Part shown: piece by piece, positions 49,824-60,626 of the stretch
Numbering within the stretch: position 1 is the first letter of the stretch
Layout: each line of letters opens with the position of its first letter
DNA from: Spirochaetia bacterium
GTDB taxonomy: Bacteria > Spirochaetota > Spirochaetia > DSM-2461
NCBI GenBank assembly: GCA_963668315.1
Contig: OY764216.1
Span: 1,632,001-1,696,000, forward strand
Direction: 5' to 3'
DNA length: 64,000 bases
Notes under the pieces: model-generated
What the model saw: only the letters and a program-made list of their open reading frames with translations
Database searches by the model: none
What the model was told of the DNA's origin: nothing
Made by a program: the position numbers and the translations under genes

Positions 49824-50834
49824 TCAGCAGGAGGAGCGGGGAATCAGCTTCGTGGGAATCCTGTACTCCCTGAAAGGCTCGCCGTTCCCCCTTATCCGGT
49901 CAAGCATAACGGTTGCGGCGGTTCTTCCTATCTCCAGACGGTCCTGATCCACCGCGGTCAGGGGAGGATCGGACATGGAGAGCCAGAACATATCGTCAAA
50001 ACAGACGAGGGCGATATCTTCGGGAATCCTCAGGCGGTTCTCCTTGATGTAGCTGACGGCGCCCACCGCGGCCAGGGCGTTTCCACAGAAAAGGGCATCT
50101 GCCTTCCTGTCCCTTACCAGAGTTTCGGTCAGTTTAAAACTGTCGCCCACTTTCTGTTCCGAGAGTCTCAGAGGGCGTCCGCTGCCGAAAAGAATCAGCT
50201 TGTCATCGGCTTCAACGGCGTAATCAAGCAGAGCTTTTCTGTAGCCCCGCGCCCTTTCATCCATGGTCTCCGTAAAGCTCGACCCTATGAAGCCGATATT
50301 TCTGTAACCCCTGCTTAGGAGCAGTTCCGTTCCCCCATAGGCTCCGTCAAAGTTCTCCGTCAGGATGCAATCGCCGGGAAAATCCCCCGGCTTCCTGTCA
50401 AAGAATACGGCCGGGCAGCGATCCCCGATCAGATCCTGCATATAGGAACAGTCTTTTCCGGTAGGGGCGATAATCAGGCCGTCCACATTCTGCATAAGCA
50501 GACTCTCTATATTATCTCTCTCTTTCGCGGGGTCTTCATCGGAATTGATATATATCAGATGGTAGCCTTCGGGGTTGAGGACCTTGTCTATACTCAGGGC
50601 AATGTCCATATAGAACAGATTGGTCAGGTCTGAAATGACCAGGCCGATCATGTGGGAGTGGCCGCTGCGGAGCGTCCGGGCAATGGGGTTCACATTGTAA
50701 TTCAGGGCCCTGATCGCCTGGAGGACTTTCTCCCTGGTATCCCCGTTGACATGGCGGGTTTCATTGAGCACATGGGATACTGTCGCGGTGGATACTCCGG
50801 CCATCCGGGCCACATCCTTCATGGAAACACCCAT
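49824..50834 (-). CDS. LacI-family regulator
   Basis: MKDVARMAGVSTATVSHVLN; ggagg RBS before MGVS. Confidence 0.93.
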   Translation of the reverse strand: MGVSMKDVARMAGVSTATVSHVLNETRHVNGDTREKVLQAIRALNYNVNPIARTLRSGHSHMIGLVISDLTNLFYMDIALSIDKVLNPEGYHLIYINSDEDPAKERDNIESLLMQNVDGLIIAPTGKDCSYMQDLIGDRCPAVFFDRKPGDFPGDCILTENFDGAYGGTELLLSRGYRNIGFIGSSFTETMDERARGYRKALLDYAVEADDKLILFGSGRPLRLSEQKVGDSFKLTETLVRDRKADALFCGNALAAVGAVSYIKENRLRIPEDIALVCFDDMFWLSMSDPPLTAVDQDRLEIGRTAATVMLDRIRGNGEPFREYRIPTKLIPRSSC

Positions 50835-50848
50835 GGAATCCTCCGTAC

Positions 50849-50860
50849 GTAATCGATTAC
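50849..50860. promoter_or_regulatory. LacI-type operator GTAATCGATTAC
   Basis: Perfect palindrome with central CG just upstream of the lacI-family RBS. Confidence 0.65.
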
Positions 50861-50989
50861 CTGCCAAGAATACACGGTAGGCGGATGAAGGTCAAGGCTG
50901 ACGGGAAGTTCTGCCGCCCTGATGGCTCTGACAGATCCCGTGCCCGGGAAAATTTGACACCGCTTCCTTTCTATGTTATCAAGATACCC

Positions 50990-51628
50990 ATGAAAAGTTA
51001 CCTTTCCGTATTTTGTGCTGTGTCATTGCTTTTTCTCCCGGCGGGCTGTGACCTGGGGGACGACTCTGGCGAGGGCCGAGAGAAAGATCCCTTTAAGGCG
51101 GTTACCCTGGACTGGGAAAGTGACGGATACGAATACCGATTCTATACAAATGACTCCGCCCATAAGTACGCTATCCAGAAATATTCCCTGTCGAGAAGCT
51201 CCTATCTGGATCGAAACATTACGGTACATGCCCGAAAGACAGAGGGAAATCCCTCCGCTTCCTACGGTATGCGAATCCGTTCCATCTCCGATTCCCGGGA
51301 TTATATATCCTTTCTGATCAGCGATGACGGACAGTATATTATTTCGGTGTATGAAAATAATCGATGGGCGTTACAGTCTATGGACGATTGGGCGGAGCTG
51401 CCCGGGCTTGAGACGGGGCTGGGGAAGGAACACATCCTGTCCGCCGTCTATGACGAACTGGCGGGTATCTTCTCTTTTTCCCTGGACGGAACGGCGCTGA
51501 CCCATACCGTATATGTCGGTAATCAATACCTCTTTCTGGCGGGATTCCAGTGTTTTACCCGAACTCCCTCGGAGTCAATGCCTTACGATTTCCGATTCCG
51601 ATTGACTGCTCCCTTTATCAGTCCGTAA
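50990..51628 (+). CDS. Hypothetical lipoprotein
   Basis: MKSYL...LPAGC lipobox; beta-rich body. Confidence 0.65.
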   Translation: MKSYLSVFCAVSLLFLPAGCDLGDDSGEGREKDPFKAVTLDWESDGYEYRFYTNDSAHKYAIQKYSLSRSSYLDRNITVHARKTEGNPSASYGMRIRSISDSRDYISFLISDDGQYIISVYENNRWALQSMDDWAELPGLETGLGKEHILSAVYDELAGIFSFSLDGTALTHTVYVGNQYLFLAGFQCFTRTPSESMPYDFRFRLTAPFISP

Positions 51629-51839
51629 GTCATCTGAATCTGAGTGCCGATCGGTGGAAGACTACCCCCGGCAGGGGATAACAGCCGCTGTCGGTTATAC
51701 GAAATTCGTCTCATCTTCAATGTCTTGTAAAATACTCTCCAATAAAGAATAAAAAAAGCGGGAAATTAACACGAATTCGTATTAACTCCCCGCCCTCAGA
51801 CTAAATTCACACCCCTTTTTTTCAGGGCATCTCAAATCA

Positions 51840-54347
51840 CTATCTTACGACAATATTCACCAGCTTATCGGGAACGACAATCTCCTTGACGATGCTCTTG
51901 CCCTCGAGCTGAGACGCAATCTTCTCATTCTCCCTGGCCATCTTCAGAAGCTCATCCTTGCCCGTACCGGCGGAAACGGTCATCTTGGCTCTCACCTTGC
52001 CGTTAATCTGCACGACCACCTCTTTCTCGTCGTCCTTGCACAGAGCCTCGTCCCATTCAGGCCAGGCTTCGTAGGCCAGAGATTCGGTTTTGCCCAGCTT
52101 CTCCCACATCTCCTCACCCAGGTGGGGAGCGTAAGGGGCGATCAGAAGGACAAAGGGCTCCCACAGCTGACGGTAGCACTTCTCTTCCTTGTACACCTCG
52201 TTGATGAAGATCATCATCTGGCTGATAGCCGTATTGAACTCCAAAGCGTCCGTATCCATGGAGACCTTCTTAATCGTCTTATGGAGCACCTTCTTCAGCT
52301 CGTCCGAAGGTTCCTCATCGGTAATCTCCCGCTCGGCCACATCCCAGACGCGGTTCAAAAAGCGGTTAACCCCCACAAGACCCTTGGTCTGCCAGGGCTT
52401 GGAAACCTGCAAAGGCCCCATGAACATCTCGTAAAGCCGCATGGAATCGGCCCCGTAGTCCCGAATGATATCGTCCGGGTTGATCACGTTCTTAAGGCTC
52501 TTGGACATCTTGGCGATAACCTGCTCCACCGGCTCGCCCGTATCGTTGGCCGTGTACTTGCCCGGCTCCACCTCGGTCACTTCGTCGGTGGGCACCAGAG
52601 ACTTGTTCGCCCTCTGGTAGGCGAAACTGGTAATCATGCCCTGGTTGATCAGCCTCTGGAAAGGCTCCTTGTCCTTAACCACGCCCAGATCGAAGAGCAC
52701 CTTGTGCCAGAACCGGCTGTAGAGCAGGTGAAGAACCGCATGCTCCGCACCGCCCACGTACAGGTCCACGGGCATCCAGTAGTTTTCCTTATCCTTGCCG
52801 ACGAACTCGTTGGGGTTCTTCGCGTCCAGATATCTTAAGTAGTACCAGCAGGAACCGGCCCACTGGGGCATGGTATTGGTCTCCCGCTTCGCCTTGCCGC
52901 CGCACTTGGGGCAGGTCGTTTCCAGCCAGTCGTCCAGCTTCGCCAGGGGCGATTCCCCCGTGCCGGAGGGCTCGAAACTGGTGGTGGGGGGCAGGGTAAG
53001 GGGCAGCTGATCCTCGGGCAGGGCCACAACCCCGCACTTATCGCAGTGAACCAGGGGCATCGGCTCGCCCCAGTACCTCTGGCGTGAGAAAATCCAGTCG
53101 CGCAGCTTGTAGTTTACCGCCTTCTCGCCCACGCCCTTCTCACTCAGCCAGGCGATCATCGCGTCTATACCTTCCTGTTTGCCCAGCCCGTCGAGGAACC
53201 CGGAATTCACATGAACTCCGTCCTCAGTAAAGGCCTCTTTCTGCACATCTCCGCCCTTAAGGACTTCTATAATGGGCAAATCGAACTGCTTGGCAAACTC
53301 CCAGTCCCGGGTATCGTGGGCGGGAACGGCCATAATGGCTCCCGTACCGTAGGAAATCAGCACATAGTCGGCCACCCAGATGGGAATCTTCTTCTCGTTA
53401 ACCGGATTAATCGCATAACTGCCAGAGAAAACTCCCGTCTTCTCCTTGGCCAGATCGGTCCGCTCCAGATCGCTCTTCAGCTTGGCCTGGTAGCAGTAAT
53501 CCTCCACGGCCTTCTTCTGATCCGCCGTGGTCAGCGCCTCCACCAGGGGATGTTCCGGGGAAATAACCATATAAGTCGCCCCGAAAAGCGTGTCCGGCCG
53601 GGTGGTGTAAACCTTCAGCTCCTCGCCGGATTCGGTCCTGAACACCACGTCGGCGCCTACGGACTTCCCGATCCAGTTCCGCTGCATGGCCTTCACCGAT
53701 TCGGGCCAGTCCAGCGTATCCAGATCCTCCAGCAGCTTCTCGGCGTACTCGGTAATCTTCAAAACCCACTGGCGGATATTCTTCTGCTCCACCTGGGAGT
53801 CGCACCGCTCGCAGCGCCCCTCTTTCACCTCTTCGTTGGCCAGCCCCGTCAGACAGCTGGGGCACCAGTTGATCGGCTTATCCGATTCGTAGGCCAGGCC
53901 CTGCTCGTACAATTTCAGGAAAATCCACTGGGTCCAGTGGTAATAGTCCTCCGAATGGGTGCAGATCTCCCTGTCCCAGTCGTAGGAGAAACCCAGGCTT
54001 TTGATCTGCTGGGTAAAATGCTCGATATTCGCTTCGGTGGTCGTCTTGGGGTGGGTCCCCGTCTTGATCGCGTAGTTCTCCGCGGGCAGACCAAAGGAGT
54101 CGTAACCCATGGGGTGGAGAACATTAAAACCCTTCATGCGTAGAAAGCGGCAGTAAATATCCGTCGCCGTATAACCTTCGGGATGGCCCACGTGCAGGCC
54201 CGCGCCGGAGGGGTAGGGGAACATATCCAGAACATACTTTCTCTTCTCCACAGGAAAAGAGGGATCCTCGGTAGACCGGAACGTCTTATTCTCGTCCCAG
54301 AACTTCTGCCATTTCTTTTCAATCTCGCTAAAAGGGTACTTTGCCAT
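51840..54347 (-). CDS. leuS: Leucyl-tRNA synthetase
   Basis: [44 protein letters not shown]. Confidence 0.98.
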   Translation of the reverse strand: MAKYPFSEIEKKWQKFWDENKTFRSTEDPSFPVEKRKYVLDMFPYPSGAGLHVGHPEGYTATDIYCRFLRMKGFNVLHPMGYDSFGLPAENYAIKTGTHPKTTTEANIEHFTQQIKSLGFSYDWDREICTHSEDYYHWTQWIFLKLYEQGLAYESDKPINWCPSCLTGLANEEVKEGRCERCDSQVEQKNIRQWVLKITEYAEKLLEDLDTLDWPESVKAMQRNWIGKSVGADVVFRTESGEELKVYTTRPDTLFGATYMVISPEHPLVEALTTADQKKAVEDYCYQAKLKSDLERTDLAKEKTGVFSGSYAINPVNEKKIPIWVADYVLISYGTGAIMAVPAHDTRDWEFAKQFDLPIIEVLKGGDVQKEAFTEDGVHVNSGFLDGLGKQEGIDAMIAWLSEKGVGEKAVNYKLRDWIFSRQRYWGEPMPLVHCDKCGVVALPEDQLPLTLPPTTSFEPSGTGESPLAKLDDWLETTCPKCGGKAKRETNTMPQWAGSCWYYLRYLDAKNPNEFVGKDKENYWMPVDLYVGGAEHAVLHLLYSRFWHKVLFDLGVVKDKEPFQRLINQGMITSFAYQRANKSLVPTDEVTEVEPGKYTANDTGEPVEQVIAKMSKSLKNVINPDDIIRDYGADSMRLYEMFMGPLQVSKPWQTKGLVGVNRFLNRVWDVAEREITDEEPSDELKKVLHKTIKKVSMDTDALEFNTAISQMMIFINEVYKEEKCYRQLWEPFVLLIAPYAPHLGEEMWEKLGKTESLAYEAWPEWDEALCKDDEKEVVVQINGKVRAKMTVSAGTGKDELLKMARENEKIASQLEGKSIVKEIVVPDKLVNIVVR

Positions 54348-54412
54348 AATAGAGCGATTATAGCGTCACTAAGTAAAAAAGTAAATCCTGCCGGTCCTCT
54401 TTAGACTTATTT

Positions 54413-54521
54413 GGGGGCCACCCGGCGCTTCGCACCGGGCCGGGCTATCCCGGGCTCCGCTGTCCGCTCCGGCCCGGCCTCCCGGCCGGTCCACCTGCGG
54501 TGCCCTCCCTATCCCTGGCCC
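54413..54521. repeat. GC-rich multi-hairpin intergenic element (REP/MITE-like)
   Basis: Terminal gggcca/tggccc pairing; internal cccgg-cgcttcgca-ccggg and ccggcc...ggccgg hairpins. Confidence 0.5.
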
Positions 54522-54655
54522 TTTAATGCTTTTCCCCCTAATCCCTGACTCCCCGGTGATTGTCTCAAAAAAAAAAGTCCCAAATGATATACTGGGACGA
54601 CCGGAAGAATCCTTTCTGTTACTCTCTCTCGGAAACACAGTAACAGGAGTAAAAA

Positions 54656-55462
54656 ATGAAGTATAAATCCATTGTGAAATACTCACCGCTTATCTTTCTT
54701 ATCACCTTCGCATTATCCGCCTTGGCCGGATGCGATACGGCCGACGGGACAAGCCTCTCTTCGGAGGCGGTCATTCTGGACTATGCCTCGGACTATCTGG
54801 CCGAAGCGCCGGTCATCGACGTTCCAAACCGAACGGTTACCGTCACTGTCCAGCCCATGGACCTTTCCGGGTTTGCCCCGATCATCACCCTCTCAGGCAA
54901 TGCCCGACTGACCGTTCCCGCTGCCATAGAGGACGGAGTCCCCGCGACCTACACCGTAACGGCAGAGAACGGAAGCTCCGCCGAGTGGACCGTAACGGTT
55001 AACGTGCAGTACGGCATCAGCTACAACCTGGGGGGAACCCGGGTTGTCCATACCGGCTGTGTTATTGACACGAATGACGAAAATCAGGATACCTCTCCGG
55101 GCGACGAAGTTCCCGGAATCTTCGAAGGAAGGGGGAGATATATTGCCTATATTTATGAGAGAACCTTTGAACCTCAGAACTATACATCGTTGGATAGCTT
55201 AGACTTTGATTACTCTAACTTGAGCCTCTCCGAAGTTACTACGGATACATACACAGGAACATTAGGTTATTCGGATTATTCCGAATCTACTTATAGTTAC
55301 TTTGATATTGATAGCAATATCAAAACCTTTGAATCCATAGGCGGAGATATGATTATGACTTTCACGGGAGAAGAATCTATGGATAAATCCGTTACCCGGG
55401 CGGAACTGATAAAAGTTACCGGCGGATTCGCCAAACTCAAGGTCATTGCCGGACCCCAATAA
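54656..55462 (+). CDS. Lipoprotein with DUF5018/Ig-like domain
   Basis: LAGC lipobox; TYTVTAENGSSAEWTVTV. Confidence 0.75.
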   Translation: MKYKSIVKYSPLIFLITFALSALAGCDTADGTSLSSEAVILDYASDYLAEAPVIDVPNRTVTVTVQPMDLSGFAPIITLSGNARLTVPAAIEDGVPATYTVTAENGSSAEWTVTVNVQYGISYNLGGTRVVHTGCVIDTNDENQDTSPGDEVPGIFEGRGRYIAYIYERTFEPQNYTSLDSLDFDYSNLSLSEVTTDTYTGTLGYSDYSESTYSYFDIDSNIKTFESIGGDMIMTFTGEESMDKSVTRAELIKVTGGFAKLKVIAGPQ

Positions 55463-55535
55463 TTAATCAGGTCAGGGGGCAGATCCTTGTTTCGAGGGGT
55501 ATTACATTTCCCTGTAAAAGAGTTATAATAGCCCC

Positions 55536-56420
55536 ATGAAACGGATAATCCTCCTGCTCTCTCTCGTCCTTGTCCCATCGGTCTTGGCAGCTCAAACTTC
55601 ACTGGATGATCAAACCGCCCAAGCCTTTATTCAGGGGACCGAAAAGGTTGCCCGGAAAATGGTCTCCGCCGCCTTCGTCCCCTTTACCGATTACTCCCGG
55701 GGCGAAGTCCTCACCGGCGGCGCCCTGGGTTATACCCGCATAGACAAGGTTTGGACCGATCCGGAAATCACCGGAGACAACCTGACCGGCATCAGCCTGG
55801 GCGGTGGTGCCGGCTATGCACTAACCGATCAGCTGGCCCTTTACGCCGTGGCCGACTTCCTCTCCCTGGACGGACGCTTCTCCTCGACCTTTTACGGCTC
55901 CGGAGAGACGGGGGGCAGCTTGAACTTCCTCATGGGTAATATCTTTGCCGGGGCCGGGTATGACTTCATTAAGCGCGGCCCCTTCTCCCTGCCGCTCTAC
56001 CTGGGGCTGCACTGCTCCGCCTACTCCCTTAATGCCGCCCTGGACGAGGAAACCATATCGGGGAGTGCCGTTGAAAGTTCATTAAGCGCAGGCGGACTGA
56101 CTCCGGGTATTTCCGGAGGTCTGGCCGGCGAAGCCCGGGTCGGGAAGATGATACTGGGGGGCTACTTTCTGTATATGGCCGATTTTACCGGTCTCTCCGG
56201 CGAGGCAGAAATAAAAGCGGACGGCGTGACCCTGCCCGGTTCCTATGCTTATGAAACGGATGCCTACTCGGGAAGCACCTTCGGCCTGTCCCTGAAATAC
56301 TCTCCGGCGAAGAAGTGGACCGTGGGACTGGACTTCTCCGATTTTCTTCCCTTCGGTGAGCAGGGAGACAGCGCTGCGGAGATGTCCACCCTGGCCTTTA
56401 CCGTGAGCTACCGGTCCTGA
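55536..56420 (+). CDS. Probable outer-membrane beta-barrel protein
   Basis: Signal peptide, alternating Gly/aromatic strands, terminal FTVSYRS. Confidence 0.6.
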   Translation: MKRIILLLSLVLVPSVLAAQTSLDDQTAQAFIQGTEKVARKMVSAAFVPFTDYSRGEVLTGGALGYTRIDKVWTDPEITGDNLTGISLGGGAGYALTDQLALYAVADFLSLDGRFSSTFYGSGETGGSLNFLMGNIFAGAGYDFIKRGPFSLPLYLGLHCSAYSLNAALDEETISGSAVESSLSAGGLTPGISGGLAGEARVGKMILGGYFLYMADFTGLSGEAEIKADGVTLPGSYAYETDAYSGSTFGLSLKYSPAKKWTVGLDFSDFLPFGEQGDSAAEMSTLAFTVSYRS

Positions 56421-56431
56421 GGAGTCCCGTT

Positions 56432-57025
56432 TTGAACATACCCAAAGGTCCCGCCTTCGCACAGATCGAAATTAAAAAGTCCAAATTTCTGGCCTATGCC
56501 GTTCCCATATCCTCCCTGTCCGATATCAAAGGAGAGATTCAGAAAACCCGGGCGGAACATCCCGATTCCCGCCACGTGGTCCACGCCGCCGTGGTCGGTC
56601 CCGACGGAGGGGAGTTCAGCATGAGCGACGACGGCGAGCCCAAAGGCACCTCCGGCCGTCCTTCCCTGGAAGTCCTGAAGGGGCGGGACGTCACCAATGT
56701 CCTCGTTCTGATCGTCCGTTATTTCGGCGGCATCAAACTGGGAACCGGCGGTCTGGTCAAAGCCTACGGCGATGCGGTCAAAGCCGTTCTGGAGGAGCTG
56801 GAAACGGAACCCCTTGTGGAAAAGACCGATTTTACCCTGGCCCTCTCCTACCATGACCACTCTCCGGTGCGGCAGCTCCTGGAAAGGGAAGGGGTGGATA
56901 TTCTTTCCGAGGATTTCGCCGAAGGGGTGACCCTCTCATGCCGCTGTCCCCGAAGCGTTCTGGATGACCTGACTCCTCTGGTCAGGGATCTGACCAGAGG
57001 AGAGGGGGAGATTGTTCTGATTTGA
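56432..57025 (+). CDS. yigZ: IMPACT/YigZ-family protein
   Basis: IKKSKF, SDDGEPKGTSG, RYFGGIKLGTGGLVKAY. Confidence 0.92.
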   Translation: MNIPKGPAFAQIEIKKSKFLAYAVPISSLSDIKGEIQKTRAEHPDSRHVVHAAVVGPDGGEFSMSDDGEPKGTSGRPSLEVLKGRDVTNVLVLIVRYFGGIKLGTGGLVKAYGDAVKAVLEELETEPLVEKTDFTLALSYHDHSPVRQLLEREGVDILSEDFAEGVTLSCRCPRSVLDDLTPLVRDLTRGEGEIVLI

Positions 57026-57031
57026 GGATAA

Positions 57032-57811
57032 TTACTCTTCTGCCAGCTCCAGCAGCAGACGGGCATCGTCGGCCGCTTCGCTGTCGGGGAACTCTTTCAG
57101 AAAAGTCCTGAAGGAGGAGGCGGCCTTTTCGTTGTCTCCCGCCTTAAGGGAAATCCTTCCGCTCAGCAGAAGGTAGGAGGGATAGTAGTCATCCCTTTCG
57201 GGCATGATGATTTCTCCCAGATGTTTCCAGGCTTCTCCCGTTTTGCCCATCATCTCTTCTGCATAGGCCAGAGAGAAGAGCAAACGTCCTTCGGAAAAGG
57301 GGTCGGCGGACATTTCATAGTAGAGTTCCAGATCCGCTTCGGCGCCGGCGTAATCTTCATTGGCAATTTTCTGCCAGGCCCGGTCCAGATCTTCCCGGCT
57401 GGTCGTTCCGAAGCCGAGATCATCGAAATCCGCCTCGGCGCCCCTGATGCCCATCGCCACGGTGGCATCAGGTTTCTGGGTGTTGAGGAGGCGGTTGATT
57501 TTCTGGGAAAGTTTATCAAAGGCCGTGGTCTGCTCCACGGCTGTCTTTGTCCTTACGGCTGTCAGAATGTATTCTCCCTCCTGGGAAAAGAAGAGGGAGT
57601 TTCCCGGAGAATCCAGCTGCACCGAGGAGTGGGCGGCCAGGCGTATTTTTGTCTGACTGTCGATCAGGGTTCCGAAATCCAAGGAAAACCAGCGGCCGTT
57701 CTTCAGGTAATCCGCTTCGCCTTCCAGATATACGCATTCGAAGGTTTCACTCCAGAGTGAAAGGGAGAATAAAACCAGTCCCATGATCACAGGTAAAACA
57801 TATCTCTTCAT
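57032..57811 (-). CDS. Secreted FecR-like/TPR protein
   Basis: Signal peptide, YLEG...MGIRG, C-terminal TPR (FLKEFPDS). Confidence 0.65.
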   Translation of the reverse strand: MKRYVLPVIMGLVLFSLSLWSETFECVYLEGEADYLKNGRWFSLDFGTLIDSQTKIRLAAHSSVQLDSPGNSLFFSQEGEYILTAVRTKTAVEQTTAFDKLSQKINRLLNTQKPDATVAMGIRGAEADFDDLGFGTTSREDLDRAWQKIANEDYAGAEADLELYYEMSADPFSEGRLLFSLAYAEEMMGKTGEAWKHLGEIIMPERDDYYPSYLLLSGRISLKAGDNEKAASSFRTFLKEFPDSEAADDARLLLELAEE

Positions 57812-57867
57812 ACCATTAATTCTAACACAAAAGTTCTTAACAGGCATGAAATTCCGGGAAAAATCTT

Positions 57868-58452
57868 CTATTTTTTGGTTTTAATGTCTATTCCGCCCAT
57901 GAAGGCCAGACCCTGCACTTCAATATGGGGTCCCAGGCCGTCGGCATCGGTCTTATTGTCGCATCCTCCCATAAAGGGGAACACCGAAGTCGAGACGGTG
58001 ACTCCGGGAGGAACGATTATATCAACTCCCCCCATAAAGGCCAGGCAGCGTATGACGACCGTTTCCCGGGGAAAGGAGGCCTGGCGGAAATCAAGATCGA
58101 TACCCCCCATGAAGGCGACGGCGTTGATTTCCCGGGGGGATGCCCATTGCCCCTTTCTGCCGCTTCCGGACATAAAGGCAAAGAAGGTCTGGCTCTTTTT
58201 CCTTTGCCGGGGGATGCTGTCGTATCGGTCCCGTTCCCATTGATAGGTATCGCCCGTCCTCCGGTCATCCGAACCGGGCATGGGCGGCAGGCCTTCGGTA
58301 AGGCCGGAGAGTTCGGTCAGGCTGTCAGTCCCGTATAACCGCGACAGCCGGTCTTCCAGTTCGCCAATGGTGATATGGTTATTGGTATAGGCCCATCTCA
58401 GGTGGGCTTCGGTTTTTTCTTTGAACTCTTTGAAATGATCTTCCATGGACAT
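57868..58452 (-). CDS. DUF1707/LiaF-like protein
   Basis: ITIGELEDRL; repeated AFMGG. Confidence 0.75.
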   Translation of the reverse strand: MSMEDHFKEFKEKTEAHLRWAYTNNHITIGELEDRLSRLYGTDSLTELSGLTEGLPPMPGSDDRRTGDTYQWERDRYDSIPRQRKKSQTFFAFMSGSGRKGQWASPREINAVAFMGGIDLDFRQASFPRETVVIRCLAFMGGVDIIVPPGVTVSTSVFPFMGGCDNKTDADGLGPHIEVQGLAFMGGIDIKTKK

Positions 58453-58610
58453 TCTCTCCTGTTGTTTATATTATCATTAAAGCAAAGGCCGTGCCAAATG
58501 AAATTTACCGGGAGAAGCCGGGATTTCCTGTCTCGTCTTTTTCAAGGCTGGGAAATCTCCCAATATATGGTCTATATGACCAAAGTTCATGGTATGTGAG
58601 AGGGGAATAA

Positions 58611-59096
58611 GTGATAGAAGAGTACCGGGTCATCATAGAGAGGGCGGGAAAACGTAAGAAGGAGATTCAAAGGGCGCTTAAGGAACTGAAGAAACAGCGC
58701 CGTCTGAATCTGGACGGCATCTTCGCCGCGGAACATGAGCGGGCATTTGAAGAGATTGACTGCCTCAAATGCGCCAACTGCTGCTCTTCTCTGGGCCCCC
58801 GGATCACCGATAAGGATATCGACCGACTGGCTAAAGCGGCCAGGATGAAAGGGGGCGATGTGGTGGAAACCTGGCTCCGGATAGATGAGGACGGGGATTA
58901 CGTCTACCGGGAACTTCCCTGTCCCTTTCTGGGGGCGGACAGATATTGCCTCTATTATGAAGCCCGTCCCGATGCCTGTCGCCGTTATCCCTATACGAAC
59001 AGGAGAAATGTGAAGGGCTATACGGGGCAGCTGGTTAAGGATATGGCCGTCTGTCCCGCGGTGGCTCTGGTCCTGGAGAGAATTACCGAAGTCTAG
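58611..59096 (+). CDS. YkgJ-family cysteine cluster protein
   Basis: CLKCANCC, PCPFL, C..YEARPDACRRYP. Confidence 0.88.
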   Translation: MIEEYRVIIERAGKRKKEIQRALKELKKQRRLNLDGIFAAEHERAFEEIDCLKCANCCSSLGPRITDKDIDRLAKAARMKGGDVVETWLRIDEDGDYVYRELPCPFLGADRYCLYYEARPDACRRYPYTNRRNVKGYTGQLVKDMAVCPAVALVLERITEV

Positions 59097-60517
59097 CCGA
59101 TTTCCGTCCGGTTCCGGCCGTTCTCCTTGGCCCTGTACAGAGCTTCGTCGGCCTTCTTGATGAATGTTTTCATCTGATCCTCTTCACGGGGTATGGCCGA
59201 ATAAATCCCTGCGCTTATGGTGATTTTTTCCCCGATGGGATTATGATCCAGAGAGGCGATCTTTTCCCTGATCCTCTCCACGGCGGCCAGGGTCATGGTT
59301 TCATCTGTTGATGCCATGATAAGGATGAACTCCTCCCCGCCGAAACGGGCGAGAAGATCGGTGTTTCTCACCTCCTCCCGGCAGGTCCGGGCGATATTTT
59401 TCAGAACCACATCCCCCATATTATGCCCGTATTTATCGTTGATGTTCTTGAAGTGATCGATATCCATCATGACGAAGGATATCTCGGTCCCGTTTCTCAG
59501 GGCCGTATCAAACATGAGCCTTCCTTCCATATCCATACGACGGCGGCTGCCGATGCAGGTGAGGGGATCTTCCATGGCCAGTTTGAACGCCTGCTCATGG
59601 AGCATGGCGTTTTCCATGGCTATGGAGATGTGGTCGCCGATTATTTCCGCCAGTTCCAGATGGTGCCGGGTAAATACGTTCTTTCTGTATCCATCCATGG
59701 AAACCAGGCCTATGACATTGCCGTGCGATATGAGAGGGATCCCAAGCCAGGAAATAATGGCTTTTTCCTCCCGGGGCTGGGTGAATGCGGGGAAGTCTTT
59801 GGATACATTGTTCGTCAGGAAGGGCTTATTCTCCTGAATCACTCTTGTGCTCAAACTGTCAGGGGAGGGAAATCTGAAACGCAATGTCCTTATTTCCGGG
59901 ATATCCTCGAAGCCCTCCGTTCCTTCTATGCAAAGAAAACCGTTCTTTAGAAGCTGAAGGGAGCAGGACTCATAGGGAATAACTCTTTTCAGATGCTTAA
60001 GGATATTTTTTATTGTCTCTTCCGTATCCAGGGAGCCGCTGATCTCGCTGACGATCTGCCTGAGTGTTTCCAGTTCCTTTGTCCTCTGCCGCTCGAGCTT
60101 GACGCTCTCCCTCAGCTTCTCTTCCGTTTCCTTCAGTTCTGTGATATCTGAATCGGCCCCCACGAAGAGGGCGGGTCTGTCGTCTTCCCCGGTTTTAACC
60201 GTCTGGCCGACCGACAGGACCCAGCGGTAACTTCCGTCCTCCCGGCGGAGGCGGTAGATTTCATTGAAGTTGGTAATCCGACCGTAAAACAGGTCTTCAA
60301 GGGCCCGGGCCAATTTGTCTCTGTCGTCGGGATGAAGATGGGTGAGGTAACTCTGTTTTTCGTCTCCTGGACTGAATATATCGGGAATTTCCTTCCACAT
60401 CCGGCTGGTCAGGCACTCTCCCGTTTCATAATCGGTTATAAATACGCCTACTTTGCTCAGAGCATCAAGGAAATCCTCATTATTCAGATCTGTATTGTTA
60501 AAAGGTTTCTTTCCCAT
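59093..60517 (-). CDS. PAS-GAF diguanylate cyclase
   Basis: PAS (HPDDR), GAF (SWLGIPL), DIDHFK, RFGGEEF. Confidence 0.92.
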   Translation of the reverse strand: MGKKPFNNTDLNNEDFLDALSKVGVFITDYETGECLTSRMWKEIPDIFSPGDEKQSYLTHLHPDDRDKLARALEDLFYGRITNFNEIYRLRREDGSYRWVLSVGQTVKTGEDDRPALFVGADSDITELKETEEKLRESVKLERQRTKELETLRQIVSEISGSLDTEETIKNILKHLKRVIPYESCSLQLLKNGFLCIEGTEGFEDIPEIRTLRFRFPSPDSLSTRVIQENKPFLTNNVSKDFPAFTQPREEKAIISWLGIPLISHGNVIGLVSMDGYRKNVFTRHHLELAEIIGDHISIAMENAMLHEQAFKLAMEDPLTCIGSRRRMDMEGRLMFDTALRNGTEISFVMMDIDHFKNINDKYGHNMGDVVLKNIARTCREEVRNTDLLARFGGEEFILIMASTDETMTLAAVERIREKIASLDHNPIGEKITISAGIYSAIPREEDQMKTFIKKADEALYRAKENGRNRTEIG

Positions 60518-60626
60518 GAATGACTTTCAGTATAGAGGATTTTCTATTTCGGCGCCAGTGGAAAATTGATTCCCGGGGCAGTTCTCCTTTTGATTTATTC
60601 CTGAAGGTGGAGTATATTAGTCAGGA

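Noticed and set aside
54348..54560. T-box riboswitch for leuS
   Set aside because: No T-box consensus or terminator on the minus strand; a TATAAT lies 9 nt from the ATG
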